Notes under the pieces: generated by a model | Databases searched by the model: none | The model's input: only the letters and a program-made list of their open reading frames with translations | Told to the model about the DNA's origin: nothing | Translations under genes and position numbers: made by a program | Origin: an uncultured Planctomycetaceae bacterium | GTDB lineage: Bacteria > Planctomycetota > Planctomycetia > Planctomycetales > Planctomycetaceae | DNA: 64,000 nucleotides | Assembly (NCBI GenBank): GCA_963813715.1 | Contig: CAWFAK010000014.1 | Location: 32,001 to 96,000, forward strand | Direction of reading: 5' to 3' | In this document: positions 55,060-64,000 of the stretch, piece after piece | Layout of the letters: each line of letters opens with the position of its first letter | Position numbering within the stretch: the first letter of the stretch is position 1

Positions 55060-55146
55060 ACGCCGGGCCGTGGGCATGCCACCCGGCCGCGTGCCTAGAG
55101 GAGTGTCGCCCCTCTCGAGGGGCTTCGGAAGTCCTACAACAGGCTC

Positions 55147-55207
55147 GAGGTCAACTATCTCATGGTCAACTTCCTTAGTGAAAGTAGTTGACCATGACCT
55201 TGACCAT
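55147..55207. promoter_or_regulatory. Iteron-like inverted repeat cluster, copy A
   Basis: GGTCAACT x2, then AGTTGACCATGACCTTGACCA, just downstream of the AAA stop. Confidence 0.55.
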
Positions 55208-55212
55208 GGGGT

Positions 55213-56555
55213 TTAGGCAGGTTGGTTAGTCTTCTCCGCGTGTTCGTCGGTGCCTGGGAGCTGAGCGCCGATCGACTCCCGGTAACTGGCGGTCAGAGAG
55301 TAATTCATCTCCGCTCGACCGCCGCAGAACTGGGCCGCCCTCTTGACCACGCCGTCGCTAACGAGCTGGGCGAGAACGCGTTTCATCCGCTGGCCGTTGA
55401 GCGACAAGAGCTCGCGCAAGTAAGTTGCGCTGACGGGACGCGGGTGCTCTTCAAGAGGGCCAGGGTCCGGTGAAGGTCGCGCTCGAAAACAACGGAAGCC
55501 CGGCGGACGCGGCGGTCTTCGCTGACTTCCATTTGACGCACGTCGGATTGCACTTCGGCCGACGAAGCGGCGCGCAGCTCATTTTTCCACACGCGGCCGC
55601 CGACGTTGTGCTGGGAGCCTTCTTCCACGTCGAGCGCCCACAGGCCGTGGTGGCCGGAGCGGCCGCCGGTTGAGAACCAGAGTTCGTGGCGGCCAGTGTC
55701 GGGGTCGAAGCGGCGGCGGCGGGAGAGCAGGAGCCATTGGGCGGCGAATTCGGCGAAGCCGGTCCAGGCGACGTCGTCGAGCGTGGCCGGTTGGCCCGGC
55801 GTGATTCGCGTGCGTTTGCAGTGGTGCACGATCAGGATCGCGCAGCCCGTGTTCTGGCACAGCTCGGCCAGCGGGCGGAGGAGCGCGCCCATCGCGAACA
55901 GGTTGTGGGCGTCTTCGCCGCGGATCGCCAGGTAGGCCGGGTCGATCGCCAGGCAGTCGGGCCGCTTGCGGCGGATGATGCGGCCCAGGGCCTCGAGGTC
56001 GGCCGTGCTGTCGAGGCGGGGCAGCTTTGGCGAGAGGGCGAAATTGTCGAGCGCGGCGAGCGTCAGGCCGCGGGCCGCACAGATGCGGTGGGCGATCGAC
56101 TGCAGGGCGTCGAGCCCCGATTCGCCCGAGAGAAACAGGGCCCGGCCCGGCTCGGGGACGGCGAACTGCCCGAGGAAGGGGGTGCCGCTGGCGAGCGAAA
56201 TGAGCAGGTCGGCCGTGAGCGACGTCTTCAACGTTTTGAACGAGCCGAAAATGCCGCCGGGCTGCCCCGCCGCAAGGATGTCGGGGATGAGATACCGAGT
56301 GTCGAATTGGCCCGAACTGAGCTGGGCGGCGGAGTAGAAGGGAAAGCGGGCGTCGTCGTCGTCGGCTTGCGAGTCGGACGGGGCGAGAGATGAGGAGGGC
56401 AAAGAGTCAAGCAACGCGGGAGTCGCCTCGGAGTCGGAGCCGAGGGATGAAGAAGAACAGGGGGACGAAGAGCCCTCACCCCGGCACTCTCCCGTCGGAA
56501 CGGGCGAGGGGGAAGGAGGGGCGGCAAGCGGATGGCGTGGGGCGGCGATGGGCAC
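55213..56555 (-). CDS. AAA_25/RepA-like helicase ATPase with C-terminal wHTH-like domain; frameshift near 55435
   Basis: Walker A GSFKTLKT, LFLSGES, Walker B LAIDPAY and ILIVHHCK. GTG start with a GGAG RBS. Confidence 0.8.
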
Positions 56556-56903
56556 GTGTGGCTCCGGCGAGAGGGGATGAGGAGAGAGGTTCGAGGGGTG
56601 TCCGCGCGGCTGAGGTGGAGAGCCGGCGCAGAGCGCTGGATGAATCAGCGCAATTCTGGCGATTCCCTCATCGTACCACGGCACGCCGCGCGCTCCGCAC
56701 GTTGGGGCGGCCGGAAAATTTTTGCGTCGCGATTAACAAATGGCGTCGCGGTGGGTTACGAAATTCGAAAAGTTTTGGAGAAAAATTCGACGGTTGACGC
56801 GGCGATCAGACGGGCTAGAGGGGCGCTTTCGCGGCGCCCGCGCAGCATTGTTTCGAACGGAAAGAGGTCAGAGTGAGAGGCGGCCCAATTGGCGCTCGAG
56901 AGT

Positions 56904-57004
56904 TTGTCTCGCCCCGTTGGGGCTTTCAATGCGAGATGGCGTCTGAGATCCCGGGCCTGCCTGCGCTCCGACCCGGGCTATAGAATCTCGCCCTTTCAGG
57001 GCTT
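56904..57004 (-). repeat. Inverted copy of the 50858/52327 repeat family
   Basis: TGTCTCGCCCCGTTGGGGCTT...TCCCGGGCCTGC..GCGCTCCGACCCGGGCTATAG. Confidence 0.75.
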
Positions 57005-57031
57005 GCAATGCGAGGTGGCGCCTGGAGCTCG

Positions 57032-58121
57032 TTACGGTTTAACATCAGCCGCGTGGCGTTTTCGCCAGGCCGGATACTCGGTCGTGAGCAGGCGTTGGGG
57101 CCAGTAGCCGAGCCAGGCGTAGCCGTTGCGGCGTTCGTAGCCGATGTCGGCGAGGTTTTGTTTGGGCACGCCGTCGCGGTCGGAAAAGATCGGGCGGTTG
57201 GTGCCGATCTCGTAGAAGCGGGCCCACATCGGCGGGGCCGACGGGTCGTGCACGACGACTTTGTTGTGGCCCTTGGGCGAGGCGGGGTCGGGCCGCTCTT
57301 CCTGGCGGATGCCGGTCAGCTTGGCCTCTTCGAACCAGGCGACGGCTCCCTCGATAGCCGCGACGACCTGCGGGCTGGGCGAATCGAGGCTCATCAACAA
57401 GCGGACGACGTCGACCGATTCGGCGCCGCTCAGGCTGACCAGCTCGTAGCTGCGGGCCGGCCGGGGGCGAAAGTCGTGTTCGTCGTGCTGGGCGCACCAG
57501 GCGGTCTTCTTGCCGGCGACCTCGATCTGGCATTTGAGGATGCAGTCGATGCCGTGGTCGAAGGCGCGGTGAATCGTCGCCCGCCGCTCCCTCCCGACGA
57601 AATCGTAAACGGGCGAGTGCTCGATCTCTTGCAGGAACCGCATCAGGCGGACCATCGCGTCGTCGTTGAACGTGATGTAGCGGTTGTATTTCTTGCCCGG
57701 CGGCGAGAACTGCGGCCAGCCGCCGTTGGGGTATTGAGCGTTGAGGATGTAGGTGAGGCCGCGGTCGAAGGCCGTTCGGTAGGTGTCGTCCTTCGTCGCG
57801 TCGTAGATGCGGGCCAAAAACCGCAGCTCGTCGGTGGTGGCCCCGTTGTCGAAGGTCGGCTGGAGTTTCTTGCGATCGCCGACGTACGGCACGGATGTCG
57901 TGTCGATGTTCTTCGGCCAGCCGCCCAGATCGGACTGGAAGGTGAGGATGTTGGCGGCGATCCGCTTGGCCTCGGGCGTGGCGTACCACTCGGCCGGTTT
58001 CTTTACGTATTGTCGCGCCCCGTCCTTCGCGAGACTCGGCGAACGGCCGGCAACCAGTAAGAGGAAGCACGCCAGCGCGAGAGCGAGGCGGCGTCGGAAT
58101 CCGAGCGAGACGCGAGCACAT
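57032..58121 (-). CDS. Pectate lyase, PL10 (PelA/Pel-15E) family; frameshift in the N-terminal part
   Basis: GGWPKNID, TFDNGATT, AQYPNGGWPQF, ITFNDDAM, WCAQHD, ARSYE, WARFYE and ERRNGYAW. Confidence 0.9.
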
Positions 58122-58138
58122 GGCGGAGTGGTTGCCTT

Positions 58139-58900
58139 CTAGCTGTCGTTGCGCCGCTGTTTCCAGTCGGCGGGGAGCAGGTCGCGAACGTAGTCCATCA
58201 GGCCGAGCGCGGCGAGTTCTTCTTCCACGTCGTCCGGCGAACCGTTGGCGAGCCCGTCGGCGATTTCGGTGATCAGCAGTTCGGCGAATTTGACGCGGGC
58301 CCGCCGCAACTGTTGCCGCACCGACTCGGGCGTGACCGTTTTTTTCGTTTTCTCGGCGAGTCGCTGAGCGAGTTCTTCGGACGTGGCGTCGGGGAAGGCC
58401 GCGCGGAGACGCAGCAGGACCACGGCCGACGAGTCGGGCTGCGAGCGTTCGAGGTGTTCGAGCGCGGACCAGGTGAGGTCGAGCGCGTTTTGCCGCCAGC
58501 TGGCCAGCCACTCGGGATCGTCGGTCGCGTCGGCGCCGGCGATCGCCTCGACGTCGACGGCGGCCGGGCGGCGGCGATTCTCTTTTTGCCAATGGTTTCG
58601 CGCCATGTTGCGGACGGAGACTTTGAGCAGGTCGCGGAAGCGGCCGCGATTGGGGTCGGCGCCGGCAAAGTCGCCGCTGAGGAGCCGGACGATGGCGTCT
58701 TGGGCCACTTCGTCAGCGCGGCCGTCGTCCTGCAGGATGGCGCGGACGTAGGCGCGGATGGCCTTCGAGTAGCGGAGCACCAGTTCGTTCCGTGCCTGCC
58801 CGGCCGACACGATCGATGCCTGGTGGGCCCGGCGGACGACGCTCCAGCGCGTGGTCATCGAGTCGAGGCGCTGAGAAATGGTGTCGGATTCGCCTGGCAT
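58139..58900 (-). CDS. ECF-type RNA polymerase sigma factor (planctomycete TTRWS type)
   Basis: MTTRWSVV, RYSKAIRAYV, ADEVAQD, DPNRGRFRDLLK and a region-4-like VRQQLRRARVKF. Confidence 0.88.
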   Translation of the reverse strand: MPGESDTISQRLDSMTTRWSVVRRAHQASIVSAGQARNELVLRYSKAIRAYVRAILQDDGRADEVAQDAIVRLLSGDFAGADPNRGRFRDLLKVSVRNMARNHWQKENRRRPAAVDVEAIAGADATDDPEWLASWRQNALDLTWSALEHLERSQPDSSAVVLLRLRAAFPDATSEELAQRLAEKTKKTVTPESVRQQLRRARVKFAELLITEIADGLANGSPDDVEEELAALGLMDYVRDLLPADWKQRRNDS

Positions 58901-59104
58901 TCCTGTCTCCGCCGAGGATCGAGAATCGCCGTCAGCGTGAGTTTGTGGCCGATCTTGCGCGATTTTAGCGGCGGATTCGCGACTGGGCCACGCGAGCTCC
59001 TTTATAATTGCGGACTGGCGGACGGCCGAATTCCGGCCGTTCGCGCGAGTGCGGAGCCTGCGGGAGGACGTGCCCGGGCCCGCCGCCCACGCGGAAATTG
59101 ATTC

Positions 59105-62100
59105 ATGGACCCGGCCGAGCGTCCAACCGTCTCGCATCCGAACGCGCCGCCCGTCTCGCCTGCTGCTGTGCCGCCGGTGAATGTGCCCGCGCCGCCGGCC
59201 GCGGACGTCGATCGCTCGGTGAGTGAGACGACCCGGTTTCGCGTGGTGTCGCTGCACGCCAGCGGGGGCATGGGCAACGTCTTCGTCGCGCGAGGACGAC
59301 CAGCTGCATCGTTCGGTCGCGCTCAAAGAAATTCAGGAACGCTTCGCCGACGATCGCCAGATTCGCGAGCGTTTTCTCCGCGAGGCCGAGGTCACGGGGC
59401 AACTCGAGCATCCGGGGATCGTGCCCGTGTACGCGATGGGGCACGCCGACGACGGGCGTCCGTATTACGTGATGCGGATGATCCACGGCGACAGCCTGCG
59501 ACGTGCGATCGCCGCCTTGCAGCGCCTGCGGGAGACGGGGGACGACCACGCCTATCGTCTGGAGCTGCGGCGGCTGCTCAACCGTTTCGTCACGGCTTGC
59601 AACACGATCGAATACGCGCACAGCCGCGGCGTCGTGCATCGGGACATCAAGCCCGACAACATTATGCTCGGGCCCTACGGCGAGACGCTCGTCGTCGACT
59701 GGGGGTTGGCAAAGGTCATCGGCCCGTCGGCCGTGCGGACGGATGCGGCGGGTGATGACAGTGTCGAGCGCTCATCGACAGGGAAGGTGTGATGCATTCG
59801 CCGACTAGCGACAGCGTCCGTCATTCGCCGACGGAGGCGACGCAGTTCGGCACCGTCACGGGCACGCCGGCCTACATGAGTCCGGAGCAGGCGCTGGGCT
59901 GGCAGGACGCGATCACCCCGGCCTCGGACGTTTACAGTTTGGGTGCCACGCTCTATTCGCTGCTCACCGGGCGGCCGCCGTTGGGAAACGAAGATCTCGG
60001 CAACCTGCTGATTCGCATTCAGAAGCAGGACTTTCGCAAGCCGCGCGAAGTCAACCCGTCGATCCCGCGTCCGCTCGAGGCGATTTGCCTGAAGGCGATG
60101 GCGCCCTCGGTGAGCGGCCGCTATCCGACGGCCGTGGCGCTCGCCGGCGATCTGGAAGCGTTTTTGGCGGGCGAGCCGGTGTCGGCGTGGCGGGAGCCGC
60201 TTTCGGTGCGGACCGCGCGGTGGGTGCGGCGTCATCGCACGCTCGTCACCAGCGGTGTTGCGACGGCCCTCGTGCTGATCGTCGCGCTGGGCGTGATCGT
60301 CTTCGTGCAAAACTCGGCCAACCGCCGCTTGAGCGAGGCCAACGATCGCGAAACGTCGGCCCGCAAAGACGCGGAGGCGCAGCGTGACAAAGCGCAGCAG
60401 AATTTCCAGATGGCGCAGGACGCCGTCGATCGTTATTTCACCCAGGTGAGCGAAGACCACCGACTCTCGGCCCAGGGGCTCGAGCCGTTGCGACGCGACC
60501 TGTTGAGCTCGGCCGGTCAGTTCTACGAGCGGTTCGTCACGTCGGACAGCCAGCAAGCGCGGCTGCACTATGACAGTGCCTGGGCCAAGTTTCGTCTCGC
60601 CTCGATCACCGAGGAGATCGCACCGCCGGCGGAGGCCGCGGCCAAGTTCGAGGCGGCTCTGCAGGCCTTCACCGAGTTGGCGAAGCTCGAGGGGGGCACG
60701 GCTCCGCACGCCCGCGAAGGCCTGCTGATGTGCCAGATGAACCTGTGCAATCTCTACGATCGCGTTGGGCAGCGGGACAAGGCCCAGGCGGCGCTGGTCG
60801 CCGCTCTCAGCGCGGCACGCAGTCTCGTCGGCGAGTTTCCCCACGCACCGTCGGCCCAACATCTGCTCGCGCGGTGCCTGGGCATTCAAGGGCGGCGGGC
60901 GATGGAGCAGGGGAATCTCGCAGAGGGGCGGGCCGCTTACATCGAAGAAGTGAAGCTTCGCGAGCAGATCGTGAAGGCGGACCCCAAGCAGCAGACGTAC
61001 CAGGTCGAGCTGGCCAGCAACTATCGCAACCTCTCCATTGTCGCCCAGCGCTACGAGCGTCTCGACGAGTCCCGGCAGTGGCTCGATCAGTCGCTGGTCA
61101 TCGATCGCAAGCTGGCGCACAACAACCCGGACGACGGGTTCTTTCAAAACACGCTCGCGCAAACGCTCACGTTGTCCGGCGACCTGGCCGCGCCGACCAA
61201 CGTGCTGCCGACGCGCAAAAAGCGTACCGCGAAGCCGTCGACCTGCGGGGTGCGCTGATCGAGCGGCATCCCGACGTGCTGGAATACCGCGCGGCCCTGG
61301 CCACGACGGCCGACAATCTCGGCGTGCTGTGTTGCGACCGGGGCGAGTACGATGCCTCGCAGACGTACTTTACGCGGGCCCTCGGCCAGGCCGAGCGACT
61401 GGCGACCGACTATCCGAAGCTCGCCGATTATCAAAGCCAGTTCGCGACGATCCTGACCAACGCGGCCGTGCTCTGCACCGAGCAAAAGCGCTTGCCCCTC
61501 GCCCAGAAGTGGCTTGAGCAGGCCTTGTCGATTCGGCAGAAGCTCGAGCGCGAATCACCGAGCGACGGCGGCCGCGAGAAAATGGGCACGACACTCTTGG
61601 CGCTGGCCGTCGCCGAGACCGACGCGAAGCGGCTCAAACCCGCCGAGCAACATGTGCGCGCGGCGCTCGACATCTTTCGTCAGCTCTCGACCGCACAGCC
61701 CGATCGCCCCTCCTATACGGAGTTTTTGGGCGTCTCCTCGAAGCAGCTGGGCGACGTGCTCAAGGCTGATGGCCACGATGACCCGGCAGTGGCCGCCTAT
61801 CACGAGGCACAGGAAGTTCAGCGGCGGCTCGTGGCCGCGCATCCCAACGTGCTCAAGCATCGGCTCGACCTGGCCGGCGCGTGCGTCAACCTCGGCAACT
61901 TGTGCAATCGACGCGGCCAGCCCGTCCCGCGAGCGAGGCGTTTGTGGAAGTGCTCAAACTCTTCCCGAACGGAAGGCCCTCCGCGCTGCTCGACGGCCCG
62001 GCGAAGGCGTTGCTCGAAAAGGCTTACACCGGCCGTGCGCTGGCCCGCGAAACCCTGGGCGATCTCGATGGCATGGTGGCGGACTTTGAGGCTGCCCTCG

Positions 62101-62528
62101 TGCTCGTGCCTGCCGCGCGGGCGAAGGGCCTGCGCTTAAAGATCGCGGACATCGTCTCCCAGTCGGGCGACGCCGACCACGCGCTGCGACTGGCCGAGCC
62201 GTTATTGAAGGAGAAGGCACTCGAGGGCGCGTCGGCGTTCGACCTGGCCGTGATCTACGCCCGCGCAGCCGAGCCGGCGCAGTTACGAAAATCGGTCACG
62301 CCGGAGAAGGAGCGTGCGGCTCTGGCCGAACGACGGACGGCGCAGGCGATCGAACTTTTGCAACGGGCCTCCGACGGCCACTACTTCGCCGACGCTACCA
62401 ATCGCCAGAAACTGCAGGCCGCTCCCTTCGTGCCGTTGCTTTCGAGCAACGCTGCCTTCCGCAATCTGCTGCATGCGATCGAGGGCGAACATCCCGCCGG
62501 GCTGCCGGCCGCTGCGGCGAAGCGCTAA
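59105..62528 (+). CDS. Membrane-anchored Hanks-type Ser/Thr kinase with C-terminal TPR repeats; several frameshifts
   Basis: GGMGNV, VALKE, HRDIKPDN, DWGLAK, GTPAYMSPEQ and SDVYSLG, then a TM helix and TPR-like helical repeats. Confidence 0.88.
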
Positions 62529-62830
62529 GGGATCGCAGCTGCGATCCCCGCGCGGAGCTGACATGTGCGGCGATTGTCCACCGGCCCGTCCACGTCACCG
62601 CGCCGGTTCAGCCGCGCCTGGCCCATGTCGGACCGACCGATGTACCGGTAGACGGACCCCGCGTCGCCGGTTTCCAGGCGGTAGCAATAGGGGCCTGCCG
62701 GCAGTCGTTTGTAGGGGCTGGCAAGCTCCGTGGGCACGTTGGGCATGCGGACATTTGCGGGCGGATCACCGCCGTGCCACGGGATCAACGCGCCGTCCCA
62801 CGGCCCGCCTACGAAGTGAATCTGATTCAT
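62525..62830 (-). CDS. Small hypothetical protein
   Basis: MNQIHFVGGPWDG...YRYIG; convergent with the kinase. Confidence 0.45.
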   Translation of the reverse strand: MNQIHFVGGPWDGALIPWHGGDPPANVRMPNVPTELASPYKRLPAGPYCYRLETGDAGSVYRYIGRSDMGQARLNRRGDVDGPVDNRRTCQLRAGIAAAIP

Positions 62831-63091
62831 TCTTCGACCGCTTGGATTGCGCTCGCGGGACCGTGCTTTTCGGTCGGGTTGCTTCCGCGAGCCTACCCAC
62901 TTTTTGTGAGAGGCGCAATTCTACGGTTGGCTGATTGGGGCCCAGAGTAAGAGGTGGAATGACCGTGCCCGCACCCCGCCCCCCGGTGCGGCCGCCCTGA
63001 GAACTCTTAGCGGATCGCGTCGGCTGTGGCTACCAAGTGGGCCCGGCTGCACGGAACTTCTCCCGTAATCTTCAAAATTCTTTCCGCCGGC

Positions 63092-63124
63092 TGTCACACG
63101 GTGTTTCCCTGCCGGTATTGGGTT
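63092..63124 (+). promoter_or_regulatory. Putative ECF promoter, copy 3
   Basis: TGTCACA-N14-CGGTATTGGGTT, 67 bp upstream of the ATG at 63192. Confidence 0.7.
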
Positions 63125-63191
63125 CGAGCCGCAACCGCGGCCAACAACTCTCAACCAACTTAAACCCAATCAGCATAAGGGGGAACGAGCC

Positions 63192-64000
63192 ATGAACCGC
63201 ACTTTGATCGCCACGGTGTTATCCGTTTGTTTGGTGTCCGGATTTGGGATTTCGCAGGCGTCGGCCGACGAGCTGAAGGGCCTGATTTCGGTGACGCAGG
63301 AAGCCGTGCCGTCGGGGACAGAAGCTCTGGCCAAGGCCGACGAGCTGATCGCCCGTCGGGGTGGTGGGGGCGGGCGACGGGGCGGCGGTGGAGTCCGACG
63401 CGGGGGCGGCATGCGGCGCGGCGGCGGCGTTCGTCGCGGAGGCGGCCGCGCGTCCACCGCTCGTCGCTCGGGTGGATCGAACGCGCGTCGCGGCAACGCG
63501 GGTCGTGCCAACTCGCACTCGAACGTTCGTCGCTCCAACGGCGGTCGCTCGAGCGCTGCATCGCTCGAACACGAGCCACAGCCAGCATGCGTCAAACAGC
63601 CGATCGAACCACGCCAACCACAGCTCTCAGAAGAGCAACAGCAAAGGAAATAACAAAAGCGGGGAATAACAAGAACGGCAAGAACAGCCAGGCGAACCGC
63701 GGCAATCGCACGAACGGCCGCGATGGAAATCGGGGTGGTGGGGATGGCGGCGCTTGGGACGGTCGAGGCTGGGATGGCCGGGGCTGGGACGGCGACGCGA
63801 TCTCCCCGATCGATCCGGTCGTTCCGGTGGTCCCCGTCGATCCGATTTACGTCGGTCCGCGTCCGGTGATCACGCTCCTCAATCCGGCCGGGACCGGGGC
63901 TTCGCTCAACTACACGCTGGGCGAGGCGCAGTACGTGATCGCGGCCGGCGAAACAACCACCCACGACGAGGGAACGCAGGAGATCGCCTTCGATCGCGGC
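63192..64000 (+). CDS. Secreted Arg/Gly/Ser/Asn-rich protein with a C-terminal globular domain; frameshifted, runs off the window
   Basis: Signal peptide, RRGGG repeats and WDGRG repeats, then VITLLNPAGTGASLNYTL...IAFDRG. Confidence 0.65.

Overview
GC-rich bacterial chromosomal segment, very likely Planctomycetota. Evidence: a DUF1559 prepilin-like protein, a PVC-type CxxCH dehydrogenase, an ECF sigma/Ser-Thr kinase pair, two sulfatases and planctomycete-style palindromic repeats. Most long genes contain 1-4 apparent frameshifts, which looks like uncorrected long-read indel error rather than real pseudogenisation, so split ORFs are joined below. Gene content: a DDE transposase running off the left edge (missed by the ORF track), arylsulfatase, ABM/methyltransferase, CLC-CBS channel, malic enzyme, WD40 protein and integrase beside tRNA-Lys(UUU), sulfatase/hydrolase/MFS, GH116, an rsbRST stressosome-type cluster with two kinases, a PVC heme protein, DUF1559, a mobile-mystery A/B (HTH + Fic) pair, an AAA helicase-like gene, PL10 pectate lyase and ECF + kinase. 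Four structures are unexplained. (1) An exact three-copy bipartite motif, TGTCACA-N14-CGGTATTGGGTT, lies in front of three unrelated exported or membrane proteins of unknown function, a candidate ECF regulon. (2) An IS/MITE family with related 17-bp termini inserts at the apex of different REP-like hairpins and duplicates the apex. (3) A 1.2-kb array holds palindromic cassettes punctuated by GGGACGGGAC(AC). (4) A wHTH + iteron module is duplicated downstream of the AAA gene.
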